Source: an uncultured bacterium | GTDB lineage: Bacteria; Omnitrophota; Omnitrophia; Omnitrophales; Aquincolibacteriaceae | Length of the DNA: 64,000 bases | Assembly: GCA_964482725.1 (NCBI GenBank) | Contig: CAYZYT010000007.1 | Span: 87,945 to 151,944 of the forward strand | Reading direction: 5' to 3' | Shown here: one piece after another, positions 37,376-49,433 of the stretch | Numbering within the stretch: position 1 is the stretch's first letter | How the letters are laid out: each line of letters opens with the position of its first letter | Notes under the pieces: model-generated | Database searches by the model: none | Told to the model about the DNA's origin: nothing | Seen by the model: only the letters and a program-made list of their open reading frames with translations | Position numbers and translations under genes: made by a program

Positions 37376-37648
37376 TTGACTAAAAAAGATATTGTGATGA
37401 AAGTTTCGAATGAAACGAATCTCACCCAGATCGATGTCAAGAAGATCGTCCAGAAAACCCTTGATGTTATTTCCGACAGCCTCCAGCGCGGCGAGACCGT
37501 GGAGCTCAGGAATTTCGGTGTGTTCAAAATAAAAAACCGCCGCGGTCGCTTGGGACGTAATCCCCGGACCGGCGAAGAAGTGACGGTCCCCGAAAAAAAA
37601 GTCGTGGTGTTCAAACCCGGACTTATCTTAAAGATCAAGGTAAAGTAG
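37376..37648 (+). CDS. hup: HU/IHF-family DNA-binding protein
   Basis: 90 aa. Arm region GFGKFxxRxRxxRxGRNPxTGEEI pattern (RNFGVFKIKNRRGRLGRNPRTGEEV). TTG start with AAAGGAGG RBS. Confidence 0.85.
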   Translation: MTKKDIVMKVSNETNLTQIDVKKIVQKTLDVISDSLQRGETVELRNFGVFKIKNRRGRLGRNPRTGEEVTVPEKKVVVFKPGLILKIKVK

Positions 37649-37753
37649 GTAGGGAAGTGAGGTCCCCGACCCGATGGGTCGAAGGACCCGGAGGGACGCG
37701 CCCGGATATTCTGCGGCGCGAAAGTGATTTTCAAAGATTTTAAGGAGGCGGGT

Positions 37754-38026
37754 ATGGCAGAAAAAGGTAAGGTAAAATGGTTCTCCAACGTCAAGGGTTT
37801 CGGATTTCTTCGCAAGGATGGGGAAGAGAAGGATATTTTTGTCCATTATTCCGTGATCCAGGGGGACGGGTATAAGCGGCTCAATCCCGACGAAGAGGTC
37901 GAGTTTGACATTGCTCAAGGAGAAAAAGGACCGCTCGCCCAGAACGTGGTTCGCCATAAAAAGCCGAAAGAAGAAGGCGCTGCCGAGGCCGCTCCCGATG
38001 CCAAGAAGGAAAGCAAAAAGAAATAA
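37754..38026 (+). CDS. Cold-shock protein (CspA family) with a ~25 aa Lys/Ala/Glu-rich C-terminal tail
   Basis: KGKVKWFSNVKGFGFL...DIFVHYS (RNP1/RNP2 motifs). TAAGGAGG RBS. Tail KKPKEEGAAEAAPDAKKESKKK. Confidence 0.85.
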   Translation: MAEKGKVKWFSNVKGFGFLRKDGEEKDIFVHYSVIQGDGYKRLNPDEEVEFDIAQGEKGPLAQNVVRHKKPKEEGAAEAAPDAKKESKKK

Positions 38027-38080
38027 GTCTGCCCAAGGCTTTGAGGCTTTTAACTTTGGCGGCATCTTAAAATAGAAATC

Positions 38081-38113
38081 GACCCGCGGGATCTTTCCCG
38101 CGGGTCTTTTTTT
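38081..38113 (+). terminator. Rho-independent terminator
   Basis: GACCCGCGGGA-tcttt-CCCGCGGGTC followed by TTTTTTT. Confidence 0.8.
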
Positions 38114-38192
38114 CTCCTCGTCCGAGCCGGGATGAGGGCGAAGCTGCCGCGCTGTGCGGCGGGTCTGAATGGATTCATAAGGAAGCCCGATA

Positions 38193-38993
38193 TTGGAAAA
38201 TAAAAAAAACAGAAAACTGCGCAGGTTCTTTACTTCCAGGATCCTGCAAAAAACTTCTCATGACCTTTGGCTCGATCCGGCCGAGACCCACCATCTTCGG
38301 GACAGCATACGCCTCAAGTCGGGAGATGCTTGTCTTGTAACGGATGGTTGTGGTGGTGAAGCGGAGGCTGTGGTCGGCGAGTTTTCGCCGGACGGGCGTG
38401 CCCGTCTTCTGATCCAGAGAATTCTCGTGAAAGAGGGGACTTTGAATGAGGCTATCACTCTTCGGGTTTTTCCGGTAATGCTGCGCAAGGGGAAGACGGA
38501 TCTCCTCGTTGAAAAAGCCCAAGAGCTGGGGGTTCACGAGTTTCATCCGATCGGGTCAGAGCATTGCGAAGTTCAGATCGCCAAAGAAAAAGCTGGGAAG
38601 ATCCTCGATCGCTGGAACCGTATCGCACGCGAAGCCAGCAAACAGTCCGGAAGTCTGAAGCTCCTCAAGGTTGCAGCGCCTCAAAGCTTCAAGGAAGCCT
38701 TTGACAGTATTTCTCCTGAAGAGCCTGTCGCGATCTTTCATCCGGGGTCGGATTCCATCTTGTTCCCGAAATGGCTTGCGGAAATCCAGGGGCTTAACGG
38801 TACGATCAAAGCGCTCAATATTTTTATCGGGCCCGAGGGCGGCTTCTCTAAAGATGAGATCCTTTGGGCGAAAGGACGCCGCAAAGAAAAGAATCTTCAC
38901 CTTGTTGGGCTGGGAGAATCTCTTTTTAAGGCAGATACGGCCTTCATCGGGATCGTGGCTTCCATCAGATTTTCCGGCGTTCTTTCCGCGTGA
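38193..38993 (+). CDS. rsmE: 16S rRNA (uracil1498-N3)-methyltransferase, RsmE family
   Basis: 266 aa. C-terminal SPOUT motif IFIGPEGGFSKDEI. TTG start. Confidence 0.75.
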   Translation: MENKKNRKLRRFFTSRILQKTSHDLWLDPAETHHLRDSIRLKSGDACLVTDGCGGEAEAVVGEFSPDGRARLLIQRILVKEGTLNEAITLRVFPVMLRKGKTDLLVEKAQELGVHEFHPIGSEHCEVQIAKEKAGKILDRWNRIAREASKQSGSLKLLKVAAPQSFKEAFDSISPEEPVAIFHPGSDSILFPKWLAEIQGLNGTIKALNIFIGPEGGFSKDEILWAKGRRKEKNLHLVGLGESLFKADTAFIGIVASIRFSGVLSA

Positions 38994-40357
38994 GTATGTC
39001 CCCGCAGCCTTCTTCCAAGAAAAACGTCCGTTTCTACACGCTCGGCTGCAAGGTCAATCAGTACGAGACTCAAGCGATGCGCGAGGCTCTGGAGCGAAAA
39101 GATTACCGGGATATTGAAGGGCAAAAAGGCGTCCCGTGTGACCTTGTGGTCGTGAATACTTGCACGGTGACCCAGGACTCGGATCGGACCAATCGGTATT
39201 GGATAAGGCGTCTCCGGCGGGAACACCCCCAAGCGCGGCTTGCGGTGACCGGTTGTTATGCTGAAAAGAATCGAGCCGAACTCGAAGCCATGCCGGAAGT
39301 GGATCTTATTTTTTTGAACGAGGAAAAACCGTTCCTGGCAGAGAAACTTTTGGACCCGGCCCCTGTTTGTCAGTCGGCGCGTCCGGATAAGCCCATGACT
39401 TTCATGCCGCTTTCGATCTCACGATGCGAAGGAAGAACTCGTGCCTATGTGAAGGTCCAGGACGGATGCAATCATGCCTGTAGTTTCTGCAAAGTATCGA
39501 TCGTGCGAGGGGCTTCACGCAGCCGTGCGTTGTCCGAGATCCTGGACGAGGTGACACGACTCCGGGATGGGGGGTACCGGGAGATCATCCTGACCGGCAT
39601 TCAACTGGGGGCTTACGGCCTTGATCTTTTACCTCGATCAGGCTCCGGAGATCGGCATTATCTTTTGCGGGATGTCATCGAGGCCAGTGCCCGGGTCGAA
39701 GGGATTGAACGCATTCGTTTGAGTTCGATTGAGCTGACAGATCTTGGAAAACCCCTTCGCGAAGCTTTCCGGAGCGTCCCCAAGCTTTGTCCTCACATAC
39801 ATCTACCGCTTCAAAGCGGGGATAACGAAGTGCTATCGAGAATGAACCGGCGTTACACGCAGGAGGCCTACCGGGAAGTGGTGTTGGAATTGAAGGAACG
39901 GATCCCGGATTTTGAATTGAGCCTGGATGTGATGGCCGGATTTCCGGGAGAGACCGAGGCCCAGTTTGAGAACACCCTGGGATTCCTGGAGATCCTTCAG
40001 CCGCTTAAGACCCATGTGTTTCCCTACAGCCGGCGAGAGGGGACGCGAGCCTCGGGTTGGGGGACACTTCCCGCACAAACCGTTCGAGATCGGGCCCGTC
40101 GTTTGATGGCATTGGCCGCATGTATTTCTGAAAAGGTCCGGAGTCGATATCTGGGACGTACGTTTGATATTCTGGCGGAACATAAGCATGAGATCACCGG
40201 AACGTCCGAAGGGTTCACGGCGAATTATCTCAAGATCTTTTTTGAGTACCCACAGAACGTGCAAGGGTGTATCATACCGTTCAAATTGACGGAATTTTTT
40301 CAGGATGGCTTTCGGGGAATCCCGGGCGAACCTAAGCAGACACGCAAGAGGACATGA
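38990..40357 (+). CDS. mtaB: MiaB-like tRNA methylthiotransferase (MtaB-type: UPF0004 N-domain, radical SAM, TRAM)
   Basis: FYTLGCKVNQYETQAM...VVNTCTVT. Radical SAM CNHACSFC. 455 aa. Confidence 0.75.
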   Translation: MSMSPQPSSKKNVRFYTLGCKVNQYETQAMREALERKDYRDIEGQKGVPCDLVVVNTCTVTQDSDRTNRYWIRRLRREHPQARLAVTGCYAEKNRAELEAMPEVDLIFLNEEKPFLAEKLLDPAPVCQSARPDKPMTFMPLSISRCEGRTRAYVKVQDGCNHACSFCKVSIVRGASRSRALSEILDEVTRLRDGGYREIILTGIQLGAYGLDLLPRSGSGDRHYLLRDVIEASARVEGIERIRLSSIELTDLGKPLREAFRSVPKLCPHIHLPLQSGDNEVLSRMNRRYTQEAYREVVLELKERIPDFELSLDVMAGFPGETEAQFENTLGFLEILQPLKTHVFPYSRREGTRASGWGTLPAQTVRDRARRLMALAACISEKVRSRYLGRTFDILAEHKHEITGTSEGFTANYLKIFFEYPQNVQGCIIPFKLTEFFQDGFRGIPGEPKQTRKRT

Positions 40358-40360
40358 TCC

Positions 40361-40960
40361 ATGGAATGGTTCTGGAAGATAGTCGATCATTTTCAAAAAA
40401 GCGTTGCAGGATCGGCGCTCCAAAGTTTTTCGCCGATCGACTGGATCGTGTTGCTGGCGATCTTTTGGGGCCTGGTCCAAGGAAGCCGCAAAGGTTTCAG
40501 CGACATGTTCGGGAAGTTGTTGGGGATATTCCTTGTGAGCATGCTGACGCTGAGCTTTTACCCAAGCGGAGCCGTTCTCCTGAATTCGAATCTTCCCGTT
40601 CTTTCCACAAAAGCCGCCGAACCGCTGTCTTTTTTCCTATGGGCTCTTTTTCTTTGGCTCTCCGTGTCGTGGTGCGTCAATATATTCGGGAGGTTCCTAA
40701 AGATCGAAGCTCAGGGACTTTTAAAGACCCTGGGAGGAATGGCCTTTGGGGTTTTGCGCATGATCCTTTTACTTAGTTTTCTCGCGCAATTTCTTCTCTT
40801 CTTTCCGAGTGAGTCTTTGCAAGAGATCTTCAGGCCAGGGCGCACCTACACGGGGTATACGATCTCGCGATGCGTGCCCGATCTCCACAAGCTTGTTGTG
40901 AGCCCTCTCCGCAAGCCGACCTTTAAAAAATCCGTGGAATCCTACAAGGTCGGCGGGTAG
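40361..40960 (+). CDS. cvpA: CvpA-family membrane protein (colicin V production protein homolog)
   Basis: IDWIVLLAIFWGLVQGSRKGFSDMFGKLLGIFL matches the CvpA N-terminal pattern. 4 TM. Confidence 0.7.
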   Translation: MEWFWKIVDHFQKSVAGSALQSFSPIDWIVLLAIFWGLVQGSRKGFSDMFGKLLGIFLVSMLTLSFYPSGAVLLNSNLPVLSTKAAEPLSFFLWALFLWLSVSWCVNIFGRFLKIEAQGLLKTLGGMAFGVLRMILLLSFLAQFLLFFPSESLQEIFRPGRTYTGYTISRCVPDLHKLVVSPLRKPTFKKSVESYKVGG

Positions 40961-40974
40961 AAAAAAGACGCGTT

Positions 40975-42777
40975 ATGGAACAGAATAACTCCGGGACGCG
41001 TTACGAAGATCATGTGGTTGAGCAGGTTAGTGCGGCCAATGATATTGTCGAGATCATCTCTCAATACGTTCCCCTCAAACGCGCGGGCAGACATCTCAAA
41101 GCCTGTTGTCCTTTTCATCAGGAAAAATCCCCTTCGTTCATGGTCCAGCCCGAAAAACAGATGTTCCATTGTTTCGGGTGCGGGGCCGGTGGGGATGTGT
41201 ACAGTTTTCTCATGAGGCATGAGAATATGACATTCCCCGAGGCCTTGAAGTCCCTCGCGGAACGCGCACATATCACGCTCCCGGAGCGACGGTCTCATCA
41301 GGACGATGGCGGGCAGAAGGAAAAACTCTACGAGGCTTGCCAGACCGCTGCCGACATTTATCATGAACTTCTTTTTAAGGAAGCTGGGGCTGCAGCGCGT
41401 GCGTATCTGGCGAAGCGACAGATCACCGCTGAGATCATCCGGGAATTCAAACTCGGGTGGGCGCCGATGGAATGGCGCACCCTTTTTGATCGTATGGTCT
41501 TAAAAAAATATCCGGAAGCCCTCCTCAAGCAAGCCGCTCTGATCCAGCAATCGCCGAAAGGGAATTATTACGATACGTTTCGCGGACGGCTCCTGTTCCC
41601 GATCCTGAATCTCCAGAATAAGGTGGTTGCGTTCGGCGGGCGGTTGATCGCCGACCAAGAGGGCCCGAAATATCTCAATTCACCTGAAACGCCGATTTTT
41701 TCGAAACGCCGCGAACTCTTCGGCCTGAATCTTGCCAAAAAGCACATTGATCGCGAATGGCCGAATTTGATCCTGGTGGAAGGTTATATGGATTTTCTCG
41801 CTCTTTATCAGCATGGCTTCAAAAATGCCGTGGCAACGCTTGGGACCGCGCTGGGTGAGGATCACGTGCGCCTGATGCGGCGTTTTGTGGAGGAAGTGAT
41901 CGTCGTTTATGACGGTGATAAAGCGGGGGAAGCCGCGGCTCTGCGGGGACTTGAGATCCTTCTGGAGGGGGGGATGCAGGTGAAACTTGTGAGTCTGCCC
42001 AAAGGCGAGGACCCGGATGATTTTCTCAACAAGCGCGGGAACGATGCCTTTGCGACGCTTTTGAAGAACGCCAAGGATTTTTTTGATTATAAATTACAGG
42101 CACTTCTTGCGCGCTATCCCCGCCAGGATGCGCTGGGTCTTTCTAAGATCAGCCGGGAGATGTTCGAGACTTTTCTCAAAGTCAAGAATACGGTCATGCT
42201 TTCGGAATATTTCAAGCGGCTTGCCCGCGCGTTGCAGGTAGATGAGAATTCTCTTCGCACTGAGTTCTCTCGTCTGGATAAACGGAGCAGTGTTCCCAGA
42301 GAGCGCTCTCAAGAGGCTGTCGCCACGCCCGAAGCCATCAAGCCCGCGCCCGAAGAGTTGCTGCTTTTGGTGCTCATGGCGGAGGTTCCGCCTTTTTGTG
42401 ACAAAGCCTGCGAAGAGCTCAAGGATGTTGACCTTAAAACGCCGGCCTCACGCGAGCTTTTTGAATATCTCCGGCAGATGAACACTCTTGGGAAAAAATG
42501 CACTCTTTCGGGACTTTTGATTCGGATCCAGGATGCGCCATATCGTGAACAGCTTGTGGCGGTCATGGCTTCTCTCGATGAGACGGCTGATCGGGAACAG
42601 ATCCTTGGAGATTGTATCGGAAAGATCAAACAAGGCCGTGCTACCGGGAGGCTCGAAGAGTTGCGACGTCTGATCCTCGCAGCGGAGACCGGGCGGGATG
42701 AGATCAAGGTTCGTGCTGCGACCCAGGAATACCAGGAGCTCTTGAAGCGGTCCCGGGAAGCTAAAAAGGGCGAATAA
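40975..42777 (+). CDS. dnaG: DNA primase
   Basis: Zn-ribbon [11 protein letters not shown]...[23 protein letters not shown]...YDGDKAG. Confidence 0.95.
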   Translation: MEQNNSGTRYEDHVVEQVSAANDIVEIISQYVPLKRAGRHLKACCPFHQEKSPSFMVQPEKQMFHCFGCGAGGDVYSFLMRHENMTFPEALKSLAERAHITLPERRSHQDDGGQKEKLYEACQTAADIYHELLFKEAGAAARAYLAKRQITAEIIREFKLGWAPMEWRTLFDRMVLKKYPEALLKQAALIQQSPKGNYYDTFRGRLLFPILNLQNKVVAFGGRLIADQEGPKYLNSPETPIFSKRRELFGLNLAKKHIDREWPNLILVEGYMDFLALYQHGFKNAVATLGTALGEDHVRLMRRFVEEVIVVYDGDKAGEAAALRGLEILLEGGMQVKLVSLPKGEDPDDFLNKRGNDAFATLLKNAKDFFDYKLQALLARYPRQDALGLSKISREMFETFLKVKNTVMLSEYFKRLARALQVDENSLRTEFSRLDKRSSVPRERSQEAVATPEAIKPAPEELLLLVLMAEVPPFCDKACEELKDVDLKTPASRELFEYLRQMNTLGKKCTLSGLLIRIQDAPYREQLVAVMASLDETADREQILGDCIGKIKQGRATGRLEELRRLILAAETGRDEIKVRAATQEYQELLKRSREAKKGE

Positions 42778-42821
42778 ATCGCTTGGTTTCAAGAGGCGAG
42801 ATAACTATAATACGCAATTCT

Positions 42822-44519
42822 ATGAAAAAGGTATCCAAAAAACCTACCCACGCAGTATCTAAAAAGGCATCTTCCGTCCAGGCCAAGGGGAAGGCTCCTT
42901 CTGTATCCTCTGTCCATGTGAAGCCTGTCAAAAAGGGCGCCGTCTCCGCGAAGCTCCAAGGGGAGATGGTTCAAAAGCTTGTGGCTCTCGGGAAAAAACA
43001 GGGTTTTGTCACGATCGAGCAGATGAAGAAACAGCTGCCTCCGGACATGAACAATCCTGAAAAAGTCGAAGAAATTATTGTAACCTTGAATGAAAAAGGG
43101 ATTGAAGTCACAAGCGGTTCGACAGGCGATCCGTCCAAGTCCGGTTCTGAGGTGATCCAGGACGTCGAAGTTAAGAAGGGAAAAGACTCCGAGCTTGAGG
43201 AAGACGCAGCGGTTGAAGAATATGAACGGGGTCGCATTGATGATCCGGTCCGCACTTATCTTCGGCAGATGGGGCAGATTTCGCTTCTGACGCGAGAACA
43301 GGAAATTGAGATCTCCAAGAAGATCGAGGCCTGCGAGCATGAACTGAAGAAAGTTGTTTATCAGACCAAAGCTGCGCGGTTCGAAGTGTTGGAACTCGCC
43401 AAAAAGATCCTCGAGGGGCAGGTCCAGCTCGAGTCGATCATTGAAAGTGAAGAACAGGCCCAGATCCAGACCCTCAAGAAAAAGCTCAAACTGCTGATCC
43501 GAAAGTTTCGCGCCTCCCGGAAAAAATCGAATGTTGTTGAGCTTCTTTTACAGTTTAATCTAAGCGTCGCGATCGTTGAACAGATTGTTGCAAGCCTGCG
43601 GGCCAAACTCAAGGAATTGAAACGGAACCGCGATGACATCAAGAAGCTTCGGCGGGGTGGCGTGCGCGGTAAGATTGGCCAGATCGAGGAGCGCAATCGA
43701 CAGATCCTTCACGAACTTGGGGAGCCGGAAGAAAAACTTCATGAGCACTTCAAAGCCATCATTCGCAAGGAATGGGAACTTACTAAGGCGAAGAAGGCGT
43801 TGGTTGCCGCGAATCTCCGCTTGGTCGTCAGTATTGCCAAGAAGTACACGAACCGAGGGCTTTCCTTTTTGGACCTGATCCAGGAAGGGAACATCGGTTT
43901 GATGAAGGCCGTAGATAAATTCGAATACAAGCGCGGCTATAAATTCTCGACTTACGCAACTTGGTGGATCCGCCAAGCGATCACGCGTTCGATCGCAGAC
44001 CAGGCCCGTACGATCCGTATCCCGGTGCACATGATCGAGACCATCAATAAGTTTTTTCGCGCGTCGCGTCACTTGGTCCAGGAAACTGGGCGTGAGCCGA
44101 CTCCGGAAGAGGTCGCGCAAGTCATGAAGATGCCCGTCGAAAAGGTGAAGGGTATCTTGAAGATCGCACAGGAACCGATCAGTCTTCAGACACCGATCGG
44201 GGATGAGGGCGACACGAGTTTTGGGGATTTTATTGAAGATAAGTCTGCGGTGTCTCCGGCCAATGCTACAGCCTATAGCATGCTCAAGGAGCAAATGGAC
44301 GACGTCCTCTTGACGCTCACCGAGCGTGAGGAAAAGGTCCTGCGCTTACGATTCGGGATCGGGGACGGTTACCCGAGGACTTTGGAAGAGGTCGGCCATA
44401 TTTTTAATGTAACGCGCGAGCGAGTTCGTCAGATTGAGGCCAAGGCGCTTCGAAAGCTGCGTCATCCTACCCGGTCGCGAAAGCTCAAGAATTTTCTGGA
44501 TATTAAGCTGAGCGAGTAA
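42822..44519 (+). CDS. rpoD: RNA polymerase primary sigma factor sigma-70
   Basis: Region 2 ([34 protein letters not shown]). Region 4 ([30 protein letters not shown]). dnaG-rpoD synteny. Confidence 0.95.
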   Translation: MKKVSKKPTHAVSKKASSVQAKGKAPSVSSVHVKPVKKGAVSAKLQGEMVQKLVALGKKQGFVTIEQMKKQLPPDMNNPEKVEEIIVTLNEKGIEVTSGSTGDPSKSGSEVIQDVEVKKGKDSELEEDAAVEEYERGRIDDPVRTYLRQMGQISLLTREQEIEISKKIEACEHELKKVVYQTKAARFEVLELAKKILEGQVQLESIIESEEQAQIQTLKKKLKLLIRKFRASRKKSNVVELLLQFNLSVAIVEQIVASLRAKLKELKRNRDDIKKLRRGGVRGKIGQIEERNRQILHELGEPEEKLHEHFKAIIRKEWELTKAKKALVAANLRLVVSIAKKYTNRGLSFLDLIQEGNIGLMKAVDKFEYKRGYKFSTYATWWIRQAITRSIADQARTIRIPVHMIETINKFFRASRHLVQETGREPTPEEVAQVMKMPVEKVKGILKIAQEPISLQTPIGDEGDTSFGDFIEDKSAVSPANATAYSMLKEQMDDVLLTLTEREEKVLRLRFGIGDGYPRTLEEVGHIFNVTRERVRQIEAKALRKLRHPTRSRKLKNFLDIKLSE

Positions 44520-44603
44520 TAGAATCTCCTTGGCCGCCTGTTGTGCTCGAGGCTTTCTTGACGGCCGTTTGGATGCCTGAAACTTGTTGAGGTCTAAAAG
44601 CCA

Positions 44604-45002
44604 ATGAATAAAAAATGTATTCTTGTGATTGATGACGAGGATGATGTCTGTCAGATCATCAAAGAGAAGTTCGAAGTTCTTGGCTATAAAGTTCTGACCG
44701 CGCTCGATGGGGCGGAAGGCTTTCAGAAGACGGAAGAAGGCCGACCCGATTGCGTGCTTCTTGATATCCGAATTCCAAAAGGCGAAGATGGACTGACGTA
44801 TCTTCGCAAGCTTCGCTCCTATCGCCACGATGACCTTCAGGAACAGACGCGTACCCGGAAAACTCCCGTCATCATGCTGACCGGCGCGGGAGCGACGATG
44901 CAGCCGCTCTTTGAACTCGAAGGAATCAGTGGTTTCATTGAGAAACCTTTTGATCTTGCCAATCTCCAGGGCAAGGTCGAGCATGTCCTTCGAGTGCGTT
45001 AG
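44604..45002 (+). CDS. Orphan single-domain response regulator (receiver only)
   Basis: ILVIDDEDDV...DCVLLDIRIP...PVIMLTG. Confidence 0.75.
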   Translation: MNKKCILVIDDEDDVCQIIKEKFEVLGYKVLTALDGAEGFQKTEEGRPDCVLLDIRIPKGEDGLTYLRKLRSYRHDDLQEQTRTRKTPVIMLTGAGATMQPLFELEGISGFIEKPFDLANLQGKVEHVLRVR

Positions 45003-45160
45003 TTCAAATTTTCCGCCTTATTGTTGATTGCAATTCCTCTTTATCTTCGATAGTCTACGCTTACGTTCCGCTGAGTTCGGAGCCGTGAACTTAAAGTTTA
45101 GAGTCAAAACGGTTTTTTAAAAACTCCGAGCTCCCAGCCGAGCCATCCCGACTGATTTAC

Positions 45161-45234
45161 GGGCCTATAGCTCAATCGGTTAGAGCAGAGGACTCATAAT
45201 CCTTTGGTTCCTGGTTCGAGTCCAGGTGGGCCCA
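45161..45234 (+). tRNA. tRNA with CAU anticodon; sequence most resembles tRNA-Ile2 (lysidine) rather than elongator Met
   Basis: Cloverleaf GGGCCUA...UGGGCCC acceptor. Anticodon loop cuCAUaa. T-arm GGTTCGAGTCC. Close similarity to E. coli ileX. Confidence 0.8.
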
Positions 45235-45450
45235 CTGAATTCCAGTGATTCATTGCGTTCTTGTTCTTTCATTAATTTTGACGGATAACCAGGACATGGC
45301 TGATCCTCGTTGAATTTTTAATTGAGGCGCAGGCGGCGCCGTGGCGGCTTAGGGAATGCCGTAACAACCGAATTCTTTCTTGACACTTCTCCTAAGGGAA
45401 AAGTACACTTGAAGACATTGTTGGAGGAATTCAATCATGAAGGGGTTTTT

Positions 45451-45804
45451 ATGAAAAAGATGAGATTCTTTGCGGTCTGGGCACTTTTAGCGGTGATGCT
45501 AGCTTCTTGCGCATCGCGTCCCTTGAGACATTCCTTCGGTCCTTATTCTGAGGCCGAAACTTTTTATAAGAAGGGGAATTATCCCAAGGCGATCGAAAAG
45601 TATCAGGAATACCTGGCCGGAAATCCTCGAGGAAACCTGGCCGCGATTGCGGAGTATTATATCGCGAAGAGCTATGGGGCTTCAGGGGACACGGCCAAGG
45701 CGTGCGAGGGTTTTGAACGTGTCGTAAAACAATTTCCTGGGACGAGTTGGGCGGCGTTTGCGAAGGAACAGCTGGAAAGGCTGCAAGGTGCCGCGAAGCC
45801 TTGA
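45451..45804 (+). CDS. TPR-like lipoprotein (YbgF/BamD-like fold)
   Basis: Lipobox LASC. TPR-like helices (YKKGNYPKAIEKYQEYL...AIAEYYIAKSY). Internal start at 45451 used; the upstream Arg-rich extension is rejected. Confidence 0.6.
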   Translation: MKKMRFFAVWALLAVMLASCASRPLRHSFGPYSEAETFYKKGNYPKAIEKYQEYLAGNPRGNLAAIAEYYIAKSYGASGDTAKACEGFERVVKQFPGTSWAAFAKEQLERLQGAAKP

Positions 45805-45882
45805 GACGTGTTATGGTTAGGGGAAGGTCTTAAAAAAGAAGCAAAGCAGCCCCTGAAAATCTTTTTTGTTCTTTGATTTTTG

Positions 45883-46289
45883 AGAAGGTCTTCTCGGATG
45901 ATCGCGCACAGATGACGAGAGACGGGAAACGTCCTGTCCAACCGCTGTGGGAGGAAAGTCCGAGCTTCATAGGGCATCGTAGTGGGTAACACCCACCCAC
46001 TGTGTTCGATTATTTTAAAAGAATATTGAGCATAGTGCGGATAAGAGCCACAGAGACGAGTCCCTGTCACGCAAGTGCCAGGGGGTGAAACGCGGCAATC
46101 TCTACGTGAAGAAAGGCTAAACAGGGTGAGGAGCGCAAGCGGGAACGGCCCGTTCCTAGAACGCCGCAAGGCGGGAACCTTACCGGGTCAGCCGACCGAG
46201 GCCGTCAGCAATGACGGCCCTAGATAGATGGTCATCTCTCGCCGGTAAGACGGCGGGAACAGAACTCGGCTTATAGAGAAGGCCTTCTC
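45883..46289 (+). ncRNA. rnpB: RNase P RNA (bacterial, type A-like)
   Basis: Universally conserved GGGAGGAAAGTCCGAGC...CATAGGGCA and ACAGAACTCGGCTTATAG. P1 forms between GAGAAGGTCTTCTC (5') and GAGAAGGCCTTCTC (3'). T8 tract follows. Confidence 0.85.
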
Positions 46290-46305
46290 ATTTTTTTTGT
46301 GAAGC

Positions 46306-46334
46306 TTGACAAAAAGTGTAGAAACGGGTAAGTT
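46306..46334 (+). promoter_or_regulatory. Candidate sigma-70-type promoter of the pyr operon (TTGACA-N17-TAAGTT)
   Basis: Hexamers read directly from the sequence. Located just downstream of the rnpB terminator. Confidence 0.4.
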
Positions 46335-46359
46335 TCCTTCAGACGGATTCGGTTTAACT

Positions 46360-47975
<1,616 letters not shown>

Positions 47976-47986
<11 letters not shown>

Positions 47987-49277
47987 ACTGAACGGACAAT
48001 CCGTCAAGAACCTGATCATCCGGAATGCTCACATGATTGACCCTGCCAATAAGATCGACGAGGTGATGGACCTTCACGTCAAAAGTCACAGGATCGTGAA
48101 ATGGGGCAAGAATCTCGAGGCCGAAGATGCGGAGATCCTGGATGCCAAGAAGCTCCATCTCTTGCCGGGGCTGGTGGATCTCCACGTTCACTTTCGCGAG
48201 CCGGGGTACGAGCATAAAGAAACGATCGAAACCGGGGCCCAGGCTGCGATCGCGGGCGGTTTTGTGGCCTGCGTCACCATGCCGAATACGAAACCTGCCT
48301 GTGACAATGCGCAGGTCGTGAAGTATCAAATGGAACGCGCGAACGTTCTCAATTTTAATATTTTCCCTTCGGGGACGCTGACGCAAGGACGTGAAGGAAA
48401 GAAGATTTCAGAAATGGCCGAGATGAAGGCTGCGGGAGCGGTCGCGGTGACCGATGACGGAGGATGGGTCGTGGACTCCGGGGTGGCGCGTCGGGCTTAT
48501 GAGTATGCCGCAACCTACGGATTGCCGATCCTGTCGCATGCCGAAGACCATTCGATCAGTGTTAATGGTGTGATGAATGAAGGAGTGGTTTCCTCGCAAC
48601 TGGGGCTTCGGGGCGCTCCGAACGCCGCGGAAGATATCGCGACGGCAAGAGATATTGAATTGGTCCGGCTCATCAAGTGTCAGCTCCATTTCCAGCATGT
48701 GTCAACCCGTGGAGCGGTCGACATGATCCGGCGCGCGAAAGCGGAAGGGTTGCCGATTACCGCTGAAGCAACACCGCATCACATCGCCCTGACGGACGAA
48801 GAATTCGTGAAGTACGATACTTTTTATAAAATGAATCCGCCCCTGCGTACCGAGAAGGACCGGGAGGCGATCCTCCGAGGTCTGGAGGACGGTACGATCG
48901 ATGCGATCGCGACGGATCACGCGCCGCATGCTCTTGAAGAAAAAGACCGGGATATTGAAGTGGCCCCGTTCGGTGCGATCGGTTTGGAATCGGCCTTTGG
49001 GGTTATCATGACCGAACTTTTTCACGGACGGAAATGGAAGCTGGACGAGATAGTCAAGAAGATGAGTTTGACGCCCGCGGAGATCCTTAAGAAATCTAAT
49101 TTCGGGCGGCTTAAGACCGGTGAGCAGGCCAATTTTATCTTGGTGGATGTGGAGAAGGACTGGGTTTTTGCGGAAGAGAACGTTCATTCGAAATCCCTGA
49201 ATTCCTGCTTCTACGGCAAGAAGCTCAAAGGCAAGGTTCTGCATACCTTCGTGAAGGGTTATCAGTACGCTCTCTAG
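47976..49277 (+). CDS. pyrC: Dihydroorotase (type I, multifunctional-complex type)
   Basis: Metal ligands DLHVHFREPG and DHAPH. Confidence 0.9.
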
Positions 49278-49433
49278 CGCTGCGTTCATAGGGATCGGAC
49301 GGATGTTCGCCGAGAGAGCTGTCCTGTTACCCGAAACAATATATGGAAAACGGTGCTAACGAGTGAAGATTGTGACTTTTTCGTGTTAAAGCTGAAGAAG
49401 GAAGCCCCTCTAAAAACGGAAAGGATTTGAATC

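Noticed and set aside
45883-46289. Considered whether this RNA was a tmRNA or a type-B RNase P
   Set aside because: The GGAAAGTCCG...CATAGGGCA and ACAGAAC.CGGCTTA blocks are specific to RNase P RNA. The P1-P4 region resembles type A. No tRNA-like acceptor/TpsiC end or tag-peptide reading frame typical of tmRNA is present.
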